The notes beneath the pieces are model-generated. The model had not been told where the DNA came from. It worked only from the letters and a program-made list of their open reading frames with translations, and searched no databases. The position numbers and the translations under genes are program-made. Shown here in pieces: positions 20,665-33,519 of a DNA stretch of 64,000 nt. The stretch is from an uncultured delta proteobacterium (GTDB lineage: Bacteria; Desulfobacterota; Binatia; UBA9968). Location: NCBI GenBank assembly GCA_963728565.1, contig CAVSLC010000010.1:192001-256000 (forward strand), read 5' to 3'. Numbering within the stretch: the first letter of the stretch is position 1; the number at the start of each line of letters is the position of its first letter.

Positions 20665-21216
20665 TCAGAGGGTCCTTGGCGGGAAATTGATTGGCGAGAG
20701 CTCGACATCGATATTTTCTTGTCTCTGTATCTCGAAGAAACGTTCACGCAACGAATTGATATTCACTTTCGCCGGCACTGAAATATTTGCTTCAAGTCGG
20801 AAGATCGGCGTGCCGCTGTCCGGAGCTGCATACGTCTTGGTCTCCATCGATTCGATGTTGACTCCCAGAGCGCTCAACACGCCGCTCAACTGATAAACGA
20901 TGCCCGGATGATCCATGCATGACGCAGTCAGGCGATAGGGGAGATAAGATTCTGCGGTCTTGCGTTTGGACGGGGTTTTGATGGAAATCGTCAGAGCGGT
21001 CTGCGCTTCGAGGGCCCGGTGATCATTGGCAATCTTAAAGAGACTGCCGCTGTCGCCGGTGAGCAAAAGAATTACGGCAAATTCGCCGCAGAAAACAGCC
21101 ATCTTGCTATCTTCGATGTTGCAGCCGTGGCTCGAGATGAATTCCGAAAGCTTTTCGACGAGACCCACCTGATCGGGTCCCACCGCCGTCAGGATAAGAT
21201 GATCTTTTTCAGCCAT
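20665..21216 (-). CDS. GcvR-like double ACT-domain protein
   Basis: LILTAVGPDQVGLV...GCNIEDSKM and a second ACT domain, CMDHPGIVYQLS. Confidence 0.85.
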   Translation of the reverse strand: MAEKDHLILTAVGPDQVGLVEKLSEFISSHGCNIEDSKMAVFCGEFAVILLLTGDSGSLFKIANDHRALEAQTALTISIKTPSKRKTAESYLPYRLTASCMDHPGIVYQLSGVLSALGVNIESMETKTYAAPDSGTPIFRLEANISVPAKVNINSLRERFFEIQRQENIDVELSPINFPPRTL

Positions 21217-21231
21217 AGACACTCTGTTTAA

Positions 21232-22524
21232 TCACGCCAAGAAGAAACCGTTAATGATGGCATCGTGCCACAGTTTCGCCACCGGCGTGGCAATGCCCTG
21301 CGGCAGTTCGGGCTCCGTTTGAGACCAGGTATGTACTCCCGCGCCGATGGAGACGCAACGAACTTTCGGAGGGGGATTCAGCTTGGCAAACAGCGACAGA
21401 GCCTTGTCACAGCGGGACAAGGTGACGGTATCGTCGTTAATCCCGTGAAGCGAGAGGAAAGGCGGCACAGGTTTGACTCCGGGACCGGATAACTCTCGGG
21501 TGTAGCCCCAATACCGTTGCGCTAGGCGCTCACTATCTGTGGCCGACAAATTCAACCGCGCCGCGGCAGCGCGGGCGGCTGCCTCCAGGGCCTTCACCGA
21601 ATTCTTGTGGACGAAGTCTTCAGCTTTAAAGTTCGGCCGTTTCTTGTTTTTCTCCCAGCGCTCGAAGGTGAGCTCGATCAGCATCGGCAAGCCGATCCCT
21701 TTGTCTTTCATACCTTCGTAGAGGTACCGGGCTGTATCGCGCCAGGTGCGAAGCCGCAGCCGATTAAACGGGAATTCCCAGTTGTCGCCGCTGACCTGTG
21801 GGTACATGTAACCGAATGGGGAAGTGCCGTAACCGATGACGCCGACGACATTGGCGATGCGTTGCGTTGCCATCATGGCAAACGGCCCTCCGGTGGAATG
21901 GCCGTGCATATAGATCGAGAACCGGCCTTGCGGTAGGTGGCGTCTGGCGGTTGCTTGGATCGCTTCCTCGAACGCCACTGGCCAAGCCGCCATACGGTGA
22001 TAAAATTCTGTGCCTTGCCTGGCCGAGAGCGAGATCAAAGTTCCGTAGCTTTCGCGCTTGGAACCATCTTGCACGATCTCGTACTGGTCTCTGGTTATGT
22101 TAGTTTCTTTACTCCACAGCGGCGTGCGTGCCGACCCATCTGAACGTTCGACATCGCCGGGCCAGTCCCTGCTTGGATCGAGCAGGTAGAACCTGCCGGG
22201 AAAAGTCATGCTGGCGACTTTGATGCCGAACTTCTGCGCCAGTATTCGAGCGATGCCGTCGACCGATTTATAATCCGACACGCCGCCGTGAAGGAGGAGG
22301 ACGCCGATACGATTGCCGTCGGGCCCGAATGGAATTTTCGTAGCATCGGAGGGCTGGTAAACAACCACCCCGATATCCCATGCCATTTCCAAGGCATCAA
22401 TGCGGAAGACGTCCTCGCGGACGTTTAACGAGAGATCCGGCATTGCCGCGACCTCATGATGAAGCTGTAGAACTTCTTCGCGGGAGACGACGGAAGCTGG
22501 TTCCCAAATTGAATGGATCGACAT
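21232..22524 (-). CDS. Alpha/beta-hydrolase-fold hypothetical protein
   Basis: LLHGG, GHSTGG nucleophile elbow, HGINDD and a C-terminal His. Confidence 0.65.
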   Translation of the reverse strand: MSIHSIWEPASVVSREEVLQLHHEVAAMPDLSLNVREDVFRIDALEMAWDIGVVVYQPSDATKIPFGPDGNRIGVLLLHGGVSDYKSVDGIARILAQKFGIKVASMTFPGRFYLLDPSRDWPGDVERSDGSARTPLWSKETNITRDQYEIVQDGSKRESYGTLISLSARQGTEFYHRMAAWPVAFEEAIQATARRHLPQGRFSIYMHGHSTGGPFAMMATQRIANVVGVIGYGTSPFGYMYPQVSGDNWEFPFNRLRLRTWRDTARYLYEGMKDKGIGLPMLIELTFERWEKNKKRPNFKAEDFVHKNSVKALEAAARAAAARLNLSATDSERLAQRYWGYTRELSGPGVKPVPPFLSLHGINDDTVTLSRCDKALSLFAKLNPPPKVRCVSIGAGVHTWSQTEPELPQGIATPVAKLWHDAIINGFFLA

Positions 22525-22586
22525 GATCGAATGTTCTTTGCGGTGAGCGTGACGAGTTTAAGACTAAGCGAAACCCAACAACCGTG

Positions 22587-24488
22587 TCAATGCAGAGCGG
22601 CGGAAACGTCGTCCAGCACGCGGCCGCTTGAGTTCTTTGGAGCAGGAAAACCAAGCAACCCTGAAATGGTTGGGGCGAAATCGATAATGCGGACGTTTTG
22701 CAGCCGGCGTCCCGCGGCGATTCCCGGGCCTTGAAAGAGCATGAGAGTGCGCATCGAACTTTGCTCCGGACTGGCTCCATGGCTTCCGTAAGGTTCGACT
22801 TGCGTGATCACCGGCTCCGGAGTCGTCCGTGGATCAAAATCGTAGCCGGGGACGAGCTCGATGTAGACGTCCCCGCCCGAAGGACCGCCAATGCCCATTT
22901 CTGCGCCGTGGGTTTCGGCATCATATACGTTTTTGATCACCGGTTGGTCGCCATCGCGCACCCCGCTGAGCAGCTCACCTACCTGGCGCGCGAGTTCTTT
23001 ACGTTCTTCGGCAGCGACGATACCGTTTTTGCGATCCATCGAGTTGATCAGCAAGTAACCATTGTTGATCGAGGGATAGAGAACTTTCGTCTTGGACAGA
23101 TCGATCCTGCCTTGTGCATCGATTGCCAACAGCCCTTTCTGTTGCAGCAGCCGATTGATCGCGAAACGTTTATTCGCCCCTTGCATGCCGTGATCGGAAA
23201 TCACCGCGACGATCGTGTCCGCAGAGCGATCGGCCAAGAGAAGACCCAAATGATCATCGGAGGTTTTGTAAACCTGCTCCAAGAACGGGCGGAGCCGATC
23301 GGCGACCTCTTCACGGTAAGTCGAGAGCCCGGGATCCAGATAGCCGCGCCAGAGGTGCTCGCTCTCATCCGGAAACGGGGTGTAGGCAAAGAACAGGTCC
23401 CAGGGAAGATGCGCCAATGCCCAGCGGTTGGTTTCCATAAGCTGATGCTGCGCGAACCTCACAGTCTCGAGATATCTCGCTTCGGCGCCGCCGCTGCCGC
23501 CGCTGGGGATCGTTCGACCGAAGCTTCCCTGCTGATAGAGAATGCCCGCGCCGTTGCCAATGAATGAACGTACCGTGTCTCCGGCGCCCTCCAGCGCATC
23601 TTCGGGAATCACCATGGCGCGGGCGGGTCGGGTGAAGTAAAGAAAAAAATCGCTGCCATCGCCTCTGAGCTCGAACAGCCTGAAATAAACACTGGCGCTA
23701 CGCTCCCCGGTGGTTTTGACTTCCACCGGGCCGCTCCAGAAGAGCTCCCCTGCGGCCCCGGCAGGGATGCTTTTGAGCTTTACTTCAATGTCTTCGGCGT
23801 TGCGGCTGCGGGTGAGAAGCAAGGTGTCGTAGCCAATCTGTTCGTCTGCCGGATCATCGACGAGCAGACCGAAAAACTTGGAAGCGGCGACGGCGAAACT
23901 GATTTCGAGCGCCGGCGCATCGCTGGCCGGGAGCTTGTCCCAAGAAGCAGCCGGCTGCGGCGTGCTCAGCCGCGGCGTGACAACACCATCCCGTCCGGTA
24001 ATCATGTCGTAGCCGTAGAGTCGCACGGTACCCTCCGAATTTTCTGCCGCAAAGGAGGGGATATGGGAGATCACCACCTTTTTACCGGCGCGTCGGGCCG
24101 CGGCCCATATGGACTCCGCGAGCAAAGGCGCCGCCGAAAACCCAGCCATGCTGTCAAGAATCGTGTGCTCGGCGCGGGGCTCGCGCGGCACTCGATTGCC
24201 GCTAATGCCGGTTACGCGCGGTGGCGCGCCGGTCATCAGCGAGGCAAAGCCGGGCGCCGTCTTCGACGGAAATCCGGGCCTCACATCATCGGCAAAAGCA
24301 CCGCCGGCAATGAGCTTTGTCAGATTGGGCAGCTTTCCTTGGCGAGTCAATTCATCGACAAAGGTTGAAACCGTGCCGTCCCATGCAAGTACGATCGCTT
24401 TCGTGGTCTGGCCTTGAGTCGCGCCGGGAATGGCAGCGGCGCAGATGGCACACGCTAAGAATGCGATTTTACGAAGACAATTACGCAT
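22587..24488 (-). CDS. Alkaline phosphatase superfamily / nucleotide pyrophosphatase-phosphodiesterase
   Basis: Signal peptide, VLAWDG, FPSKTAPG, ISDHG and DFAPTI. Confidence 0.85.
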   Translation of the reverse strand: MRNCLRKIAFLACAICAAAIPGATQGQTTKAIVLAWDGTVSTFVDELTRQGKLPNLTKLIAGGAFADDVRPGFPSKTAPGFASLMTGAPPRVTGISGNRVPREPRAEHTILDSMAGFSAAPLLAESIWAAARRAGKKVVISHIPSFAAENSEGTVRLYGYDMITGRDGVVTPRLSTPQPAASWDKLPASDAPALEISFAVAASKFFGLLVDDPADEQIGYDTLLLTRSRNAEDIEVKLKSIPAGAAGELFWSGPVEVKTTGERSASVYFRLFELRGDGSDFFLYFTRPARAMVIPEDALEGAGDTVRSFIGNGAGILYQQGSFGRTIPSGGSGGAEARYLETVRFAQHQLMETNRWALAHLPWDLFFAYTPFPDESEHLWRGYLDPGLSTYREEVADRLRPFLEQVYKTSDDHLGLLLADRSADTIVAVISDHGMQGANKRFAINRLLQQKGLLAIDAQGRIDLSKTKVLYPSINNGYLLINSMDRKNGIVAAEERKELARQVGELLSGVRDGDQPVIKNVYDAETHGAEMGIGGPSGGDVYIELVPGYDFDPRTTPEPVITQVEPYGSHGASPEQSSMRTLMLFQGPGIAAGRRLQNVRIIDFAPTISGLLGFPAPKNSSGRVLDDVSAALH

Positions 24489-24588
24489 AGAAATGACGAG
24501 AGTAGCCGATGTGAAAACAAGCTGTCAATTGATGCCTGCTAGGAGAGACTGGCGGCCGGTTGCGGCTGCCGCGATTATTTCATAATCA

Positions 24589-26685
24589 ATGCTGATACCT
24601 CCCGTGGGATGTTCATTCTTTTGCGGAAGCCCCGGGAGTCCGGAAAGGCAATCAATGGCGAAAAAAATTCCCGCCGAGTTTCAAAAACACGGCCACTTGC
24701 GTGTCGACGATTACTATTGGCTGAAAGACCGGGATAATCCCGACGTGATCGCTTACCTTAAAGCCGAGAACGAGTATTCCGATCGTATAATGGCTCATAC
24801 CAAGGCACTGGAGGAAAAGATCTTCGAAGAAATAAAATCCCGGATTGCCCAAACCGACATGTCGGTGCCCTACAAACGTGACGGTTATTTCTATTACACC
24901 CGTTACGAACAGGGTAAAGAGTATCCTATTTTCGCGCGCAGGAAAGGTTCGCTGGATCAGCCGGAAGAGATTATGCTCGATGCCAACGTGCTGGCGCAGG
25001 GCCATGAATTTTTTTCCATCGGCGGGTGGGCCCTCAGCGCCGATCAAAATCTGATGGCGTATGCGGTGGATACGCAAGGCCGAAGGATTTTTACGATCTA
25101 CATCAAGAATCTCATGACCGGGGAACTGTTGCCGGACGTCATCGCCGACGTCACGGAAAATCTCACCTGGGCCGACGATAATTCGACGCTTTTTTATGCC
25201 AGGCAGGAACTAAAAACCTTGCGCGCGTACCAGATTTACCGCCACAGGCTCGGAACCTCCGCGGATACCGATCAGCTGGTGTTTGAGGAATCCGATGAAA
25301 CTTATGTGGCCTATGTCTACAAGACTAAATCGAAAAAGTATCTCATGATCGTTTCGGCACAAACGCTCAGCCAGGAATATCGTTATCTTGAGGCTCAAGA
25401 TCCGTTTGGCGAATTCAAGATCTTTTTACCGCGGCAGCGCGAACACGAATATTCAATCGATCACTTCGGCGATCGCTTCCTGATACGCACCAATGATCAG
25501 GCGAAAAATTTTCGCCTGATGGTCACGCCGGTGGAAAAAATCGCCAAGGAGCATTGGCAGGAAATCGTTCCAAACCGGCAAGATGTCTATCTCGGCGACT
25601 TCGAGATTTTCAAGGACTATCTGGTTTTGGAGGAGCGTAATCGAGGTCTTACCCAGATCCGGGTGATACCCTGGTCGGGCGGACAAGGCTACTATCTTCC
25701 GTTCGATGAGCCGGCGTATCGCGCCAATATTGGAGTTAATCCGGAGTTTGATACAACCATTCTGCGCTACGAGTACACGTCGATGAAGACGCCGTTGTCG
25801 ATTTATGATTACGACATGGTGACGCACGAACGGACATTGTTGAAACAAGAACAAGTGTTGGGCGGTTTCAAGTCAAGTGATTATGATTCGGAGCGGCTGC
25901 ATGCAACCGCTCCGGACGGCGTTGAGGTGCCGATTTCTCTGGTCTACCGCAAGGGATTGAAGCGGGACGGTGAGAATCCGCTGCTCCTCTACGGTTACGG
26001 CTCCTACGGCGCCAGTATCGATCCGGCATTTTCTTCGCCGCGCTTGAGCCTGATCGATCGCGGATTTATTTTCGCCATCGCCCACATCCGCGGCGGTCAA
26101 GAGCTGGAGCGGCAGTGGTATGATGACGGCAGGCTTTTGAAAAAGAAAAATACCTTTACCGACTTCATTGCGTGCGCCGAATATCTCATCCGCGAAAAAT
26201 TCACCCGTCCGGAAAAGCTGTTCGCCATGGGCCGCAGCGCCGGCGGCCTGCTGATGGGAGCAGTCGCCAACATGCGGCCGGATCTATTCAAGGGAATTGT
26301 TGCCGAGGTGCCATTTGTCGATGTGATCACAACGATGCTCGATCCCAGTATTCCGCTGACCACGGGAGAATACGACGAATGGGGTGATCCTAATCAAAAG
26401 GATGTTTATCAATACATGCTTTCGTACTCGCCGTACGACAATGTGGAGACTAAGCAGTATCCCAACCTGTTAGCCACCGGCGGCTTACACGATTCCCAAG
26501 TGCAGTATTGGGAGCCGGCGAAATGGGTGGCCAAGCTCCGGGATCTAAAGACCGACAACAACCGGGTGCTGCTCAAGACCAATATGGAGGCCGGTCACGG
26601 CGGCTCGAGCGGGCGATTTCGGCGCCATCGCGAGACCGCGTTTTCCTATGCCTTTATCCTCGACTTGGTCGGGATTAAAGAGTAG
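24589..26685 (+). CDS. ptrB: Oligopeptidase B (S9A)
   Basis: DDYYWL, GRSAGG, DSQVQYWEPAKW and AGHGG. The start may be 24655. Confidence 0.93.
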   Translation: MLIPPVGCSFFCGSPGSPERQSMAKKIPAEFQKHGHLRVDDYYWLKDRDNPDVIAYLKAENEYSDRIMAHTKALEEKIFEEIKSRIAQTDMSVPYKRDGYFYYTRYEQGKEYPIFARRKGSLDQPEEIMLDANVLAQGHEFFSIGGWALSADQNLMAYAVDTQGRRIFTIYIKNLMTGELLPDVIADVTENLTWADDNSTLFYARQELKTLRAYQIYRHRLGTSADTDQLVFEESDETYVAYVYKTKSKKYLMIVSAQTLSQEYRYLEAQDPFGEFKIFLPRQREHEYSIDHFGDRFLIRTNDQAKNFRLMVTPVEKIAKEHWQEIVPNRQDVYLGDFEIFKDYLVLEERNRGLTQIRVIPWSGGQGYYLPFDEPAYRANIGVNPEFDTTILRYEYTSMKTPLSIYDYDMVTHERTLLKQEQVLGGFKSSDYDSERLHATAPDGVEVPISLVYRKGLKRDGENPLLLYGYGSYGASIDPAFSSPRLSLIDRGFIFAIAHIRGGQELERQWYDDGRLLKKKNTFTDFIACAEYLIREKFTRPEKLFAMGRSAGGLLMGAVANMRPDLFKGIVAEVPFVDVITTMLDPSIPLTTGEYDEWGDPNQKDVYQYMLSYSPYDNVETKQYPNLLATGGLHDSQVQYWEPAKWVAKLRDLKTDNNRVLLKTNMEAGHGGSSGRFRRHRETAFSYAFILDLVGIKE

Positions 26686-26762
26686 TCGCTTTGGCTCAAT
26701 CAACCAGGATGCCGCAGCGAAAGTAACCACTGCAGCGAAACCGATCGAGCGAAACTAGACAC

Positions 26763-26916
26763 TAGCAGGGTGCTAAAAAGCCTCTTGCAGGCTGCTCAAA
26801 AAGATCCAGATGCAAGGCGCTCGAAAAATCGACGAGCGAAGGCGTACTTACAGTACGTTACAGCGAGGCGATTGAGCGGCAACGAAGCGTATGGGTGTTT
26901 TTCAGCCAGCCTGCTA
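26763..26916. mobile_element. MITE-like palindromic repeat, copy 1 (duplicated left end)
   Basis: TAGCAGGGTGCTAAAAAG..GCAGGCTGCTCAAAAAG...TTTTTCAGCCAGCCTGCTA. Interior similar to copies 2 and 4. Confidence 0.75.
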
Positions 26917-27092
26917 AGCACTCTCTTGCTCTCGTCGGCCGATGTCAGTGGGTCTCTCGTGAGGTCAGGAGTCTGCCGTTTATGAACGAAGCCCAATGCG
27001 CTTCGCTTAATGCGCAGCTTGTCTCCGTGAGGTCGTTGGAGTCGAACCTGGCAATACATCACATTCGATCACCACACGAGTGGTAAAAACTT

Positions 27093-28266
27093 TTACGTCG
27101 TGTAGTAGGCGTTTTCTTTGATGTATCCCTCGGTCAGATCGCAACCCCACACACGCGCTGCAGCTTTGCCGAGGCCAAGCTCGACCGAGATCGTGACTTC
27201 GGATTGACCAAGATAGTCGCGCAATCCTTGGAGATCGCAATCCACGGGCGAGCCTTTCTTGAAAACCCTGGTGTCGCCGAAGCGGATTGTAACCTTGGCA
27301 GGATCGATGGCAGTGTCAAAACTTTTGCCAATCGCCATGATCACACGGCCCCAGTTGGGATCGCATCCATAGACAGCCGTTTTGACCAATGGCGAGTTGA
27401 CGATGGACTTCGCTACCAATTTTGCTTGAGCGCCGCTCTTGCGAGCCGGCGACATCGACAATGATAAGTTTGGTTGCGCCTTCACCGTTCCGGGCAATCT
27501 CCCGGGTGAGAAATTCGCAAACATGCGATAGGGCGTCTTCAAAATGCCGCAGATTGACTTTGCCGGCCAATCCGTTTGCCATCAGCACGACCGTATCGCT
27601 GGTGCTGGTGTCGGTATCGATGCTCATGCAATTGAAAGTTCGGTCGACGATGCGGCGCAGCATGGGCCGCATCGTCGATCTCGGCAGCTCCGCGTCGGTC
27701 ATAAGATAGACGAGCATGGTCGCCATATTCGGCTCGATCATGCCGGCGCCTTTGGCGATTCCGGCAATCACTGCCGAACCGACCTGGCAGAAAACGTACT
27801 TCGGATACATATCGGTGGTCATGATGGCTTCGGCGGCCAATTTGAGATTGTTAGGCTTGAGTTCTTTGCCAATGCCTTTCAATCCGGCGCGAATTTTGTC
27901 CATCGGCAGGGGCCGCCCAATGACCCCGGTCGAAAAAGGCAGGACGTCATAGGGACTTATGCCGAGCTCTTTGCCGACGATCCGGCAGGTTTCGATTGCA
28001 TTGGCGACTCCCTGCTTCCCCATGGCCACGTTGGCGTTCTTGCTGTTAATCACCAGCGCCTGGACGAAGCCGGTGGCAATATGCTTCCTGCCGACAATCA
28101 CCGGCGCGCCAGGGAAGCGATTGCGCGTAAACATCGCTGCGGCGCGAGCGCGGACGGTGGAATAAATCACAGTGAGATCCAGCGTATCGTCTTTAATGCC
28201 GACGTTCTTTGCCAAAGAGAGAAATCCTTGGGGATGATTAGATTCTGCGGGCGCGACCTGTTGCAT
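27093..28266 (-). CDS. argJ: Bifunctional ornithine acetyltransferase ArgJ (frameshift near 27445)
   Basis: AEAIMTTD, KGAGMIEPNMATML and DTSTSD, then SPLVKTAVYGCDPNWGR...ENAYYTT in another frame. Confidence 0.9.
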
Positions 28267-28334
28267 GTGTCGGCGATGACTCCTGAAATGGTGCTTAATG
28301 GATCGAGCGCAAAGACGAGCGTGTCGCTCGCTCT

Positions 28335-29385
28335 TTACTGCACGAAAAGCTTCTTTATCTGTTCGACCACCTCTGGCGGTTGGGTCATGACTTCTTTCGC
28401 TGTTGATTGCAGGTGTTCGCCGCGCAAATGCGTGATCTCGATGCGCAGCTTCTTCGCCTCGGCGAGCAGCTCCGGATCTTTGGCGGCCTTTTCATGGGCG
28501 GCGCGCAGAATGGCGACACGGTCCGCGGGCGTTGCCGGTGGAGCCATCAACGATCGCGCCCATTCGCCTCCCTGGAGCATCGCCTCGGCCACCCGGCGCT
28601 TGGTTGCCGGTGTTTTGTATTCATCCATCAGCTCGTAGACGGTCGGCGCATCGGCAATTCGGCTGTCGCGTTTGCGACCGCTCTGGGCAAGGAATCTGAC
28701 ATACTTGTCCTTGTACCAGGTGCCAAATGGCTCGCGGCCGAAATAGGTGGCGATGGTCAATCCCATACAGGAAACCTCGCCTCTTTCCAGGGCTATCGCA
28801 ATTTCGCTGCTGCCGGGGTAGCCGGTAACATGAGTTACCTTGGCGCCGATGGTGTCCTCCAGCACCTTGGACATCACATAGTCCGAGCTGCCCACGCCGG
28901 TGGAGCCGCATTTCGGTTGTTCTTTGGCTTTGATGATGTCGGCTATCGATTTATAGGGCGCGTCGGCGCGACCGAACAGCATCATGTCATCGTTTTCGAG
29001 AGAGCCGATCCATTGAAATTTTGCCAGATCGAACTGGACTTCTTTTTGTCCCGAGAGCTGGCTCAAGTAAACGTTATTGTGCGGCGCCAGCAAGGTCAGA
29101 CCGTCCGGCTTCGCCACACCCCAGACGTAATTCGCGGCGGTGACGGAGCCTGCGCCGGGCATGTTTTGCACCAGCACCTCCGGATTGCCCGGTATGTACT
29201 TGCCGATGAAGCGAGCGAGCATGCGCGCCGCGCGGTCGTAGCCACCGCCGCTGCTCAGTCCGACGATGATGCGTATTTGTTTTCCTTTGTAATACGGCTC
29301 CTGCGCCGAACCCGAGCCGCGGTCCGGTGAGCATTAACAGAGAGGCGAGAACAAAGATTATAATCACCACACTACGACGCTTCAT
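28335..29385 (-). CDS. TctC/Bug tripartite tricarboxylate transporter binding protein (frameshift near 29310)
   Basis: Signal peptide from 29385, then YYKGKQIRIIVGLSSGGGYD and QNMPGAGS. Confidence 0.85.
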
Positions 29386-29699
29386 GAGTTTTCCTCCACG
29401 GTGTTTTGATGACGGGTTCTAAGTAATAGGATCGTAAACTTATTGATTTGCTTTGCAATACGCAAGGAATGCTCTTATACAGACGCAGCTAAACGACCGA
29501 CGTGCAAATGCCGATCGGAAATGGCATGAGAGTCTCGGTCTCTTCTCACGTCATCATCTGATCAGCATTTTCGTTTTACTCCTTTCATTAGCAATCTTTG
29601 ATGCTGTTCGCAGCTGTTGGTAAATTGCCCTTCATTGCGCCTTCCTTGACTTCATTATCCTGCGAGCCCTATAAGAAACTAATTCTGTAGTAATGAGGA

Positions 29700-30890
29700 G
29701 TGAGAGTGATAATCGATTGCGATAGTCATCTGATGCCCAAGGATGCTTTTGACAGTGTTGGCGGCCGCTTCGGCTCGCGCAAACCGATATTGAAGTTCGC
29801 CGACAACGGGCTGTACGCCGATGTCGAGTTTCCCGGCAATGCGCCTCAAGTGCCCGGGACCAGCCCGCTCGGCGCACCCGGTTCCGGCGCCATGTTCAGA
29901 AGCTTGTGGGATGTGGAAGCGCGCATGAGCGACTACGATGAGCGTCTCGGGATCGAAAGGCACTTCGTATTGCCGCAATTTTCCGGCTGGTGGTCCTACG
30001 TGATAGAACCCGAACTGGCCGGGCGGATGGCCCGTTCGCACAACGAGTCGATGCTGCGGATCATGGAAAAGTATCGCGGCAGGATTCTCGGCGTCGCGCT
30101 GGTGGCGCTGCAGGACGTTGCCGGATCAATTCGCGAGCTGGAATGGGCCAAGGAACGCGGCTTTGCTAGCTGCTGTCGTCGATAAGATTTTTCCCGTCAA
30201 AGATCATCCTTACGGCGAGCCTCTCGGCAGCCGGCGCGAGCTCTGGCCGTTCTTCCGAAGAGCCGAGGAGCTGGACATGCCGCTGTACCTGCACAACGTC
30301 CAGCATGGCCATCGCCTCAGTAACTTGCTGCCGTTCCAGAGAGACGGGCTTTACGTCTTCGCGCCGCAGGAAGGGCACATGAGCTTGGTTTCATTGTTCA
30401 CCAGTGGTCTATTGGATGCTTGCCCCAAGCTGCAGTTTATTTACACCGAAGCAGGCACCGCGTTTATCAAACCCCTGGTCCAGCGTCTCGATAAAATTCT
30501 AGAAGCGCCGCCGGTGGATTATGACGATCAGGAAGAAGCGCCGCTGGGCAACGGCAATTTGTCCAAGACAGGCGAGAAGCTTCGCCGGGCGCGCGCGATC
30601 TCTGCCTGCAAGCGAGTTCCTTGAAAAAAATAAACAGCCGGCGAGCCATTATTTTAAAAATAACTTTTCCTTCACCATTGAGACGGAAGAGCCGGAGCTT
30701 GCCGAAGCCATTCAATTCCTCGGCGCTGAACGATTCCTCTTCGCCACTGACTATCCACACGACGATCCCGGCGGAAGGATGAAATTCCAAGACGTGCGAA
30801 TTGCTGAGAAAACACCCGGACATCTCAGAAGAAGATAAAGAACTGATACGGTGGAAGAACGCCGTCCGTTTGTTTCATCTGGAGTCGTGA
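29700..30890 (+). CDS. Amidohydrolase_2 family protein (three frameshifts)
   Basis: IIDCDSH, ELDMPLYLH, TEAG and FATDYPH, ending DKELIRWKNAVRLF. Breaks near 30170, 30610 and 30800. Confidence 0.8.
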
Positions 30891-31378
30891 TGCCCATCCC
30901 TGAACGCTACAATCTGGGCTACAACATCGGTGTGGGCGGCGCGGTGGTGCGTGACGGCGAGCTGTTGCTGGTGCGGCGCGCTTCGCGTCATGGCCGCGGC
31001 AACTGGCAATTGCCCGGCGGCTTCATCGAACCCGATGAAACCATCGAACAGGCGGTTGTCCGCGAGGTGCAGGAAGAGGCGGGAGTTGAGGCCGAAGTCG
31101 AAGCCGTCTTGGGCTTGCGGAGTCGCTATGATCCGGACTCGGGAAACGGCGTATACATCATCCTCTTGCTGCGGCCGGTGAGCGGCGAACCCACCGCTGA
31201 CAACCACGAAGTCGATCACGCCGGCTATTTCACCTTGGAGCAGATTCGCGGCTTGAATCCATTGCCGCCGGTCAACTGGGAGATCGCCCAACGAGTGCTC
31301 GCGCCGGATCGCCGCTTGCTGTTTCCCAAGCCCCTCGCCAATTTAAACGGCGCGCAGTACACGCTGTTTGTCGGCTGA
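30890..31378 (+). CDS. NUDIX hydrolase
   Basis: Nudix box GGFIEPDETIEQAVVREVQEEAG; TGATG overlap with the upstream gene. Confidence 0.9.
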   Translation: MPIPERYNLGYNIGVGGAVVRDGELLLVRRASRHGRGNWQLPGGFIEPDETIEQAVVREVQEEAGVEAEVEAVLGLRSRYDPDSGNGVYIILLLRPVSGEPTADNHEVDHAGYFTLEQIRGLNPLPPVNWEIAQRVLAPDRRLLFPKPLANLNGAQYTLFVG

Positions 31379-31412
31379 GCGATGGTTTCCGAGTCCAGTC
31401 GTATTCCCGAAC

Positions 31413-32689
<1,277 letters not shown>

Positions 32690-32765
32690 CCCTGCTTTTA
32701 CTGCTGTTCACTAGAGCTTGTCTAAGGTTTTATTCCGGAGTTGCCATGTCCGCTAACCATGCGAC

Positions 32766-33179
32766 TTATACTCGACCTGGGGTGTCGAACAATTGAATCA
32801 CTTCTAAATCGTCTTTGGAGTTCAAGGGCTCGTTCGTCCGGGGAGTCATCAAGGCTTGTACTAACAATGCGCTCTTACTGATTGCTTCGCTAATTGCATC
32901 TAGGTCTTCGTGAAATTTAATAGGGTCACCTAAGTCATTCTTCATAAGAGTAATGTAACCTTGAATAATACTCATTACGCTGGCGAAATCAGCCATCTCT
33001 TCCTGTATAGCGATTGGATTTTCAGTAAGACTCGACTGGTATTTCTGTTTCTGCAGATTCTCAGGCCAGTCATAGTGACTTTTTGCAGCAATTAGGTCCG
33101 CTGTTATCTGCGAGGCGCGTGCTTCAAGGCGTACGCTAATGTGCTGCAACTCTTCTCGGAGTTTTTCTGCCTGACTCAT
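32766..33179 (-). CDS. AT-rich hypothetical protein with a degenerate HisKA-like helix pair
   Basis: EMADFASVMSIIQGYITLM...LDAISEAISKSALLVQAL resembles the AHDFNNLL DHp motif but lacks the His. Confidence 0.5.
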   Translation of the reverse strand: MSQAEKLREELQHISVRLEARASQITADLIAAKSHYDWPENLQKQKYQSSLTENPIAIQEEMADFASVMSIIQGYITLMKNDLGDPIKFHEDLDAISEAISKSALLVQALMTPRTNEPLNSKDDLEVIQLFDTPGRV

Positions 33180-33519
33180 GTCTCTGGCATGCGCTTATTG
33201 GGAGTGAATGTCCAGATATATTAATCTTTAATTCTATGCGCAGACTTTTAGCCGGTTTGTTTAATACTGAACATACTTCCTCTTGGGCAATGACGTATGC
33301 AGAAGTGGGAGGATCCAAAAAAATGAAATCCAATGAAACGCATGTCCAAAGGTCGTGCGACTCGGAAAGCATAGACGATATACAGGCCGCTTTATTCTTT
33401 ACCCATTTAGACGCCCGATTCCACGACGGTGAAAAGCGTCCACTCGAAAAAGAGATAGACACGTGGGTGGACAAACAAAGATGACCGATGTTGATCAGTA
33501 TCGGGGAACTAGGATTCGG

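Noticed and set aside
27422-27460. Programmed frameshift in argJ
   Set aside because: No slippery heptamer, and neighbouring genes show similar indels, so sequencing error is more parsimonious.
27544-29330. Long + strand ORFs of 364 and 307 aa
   Set aside because: They are antisense to argJ and tctC in GC-rich DNA and have no recognisable motifs.
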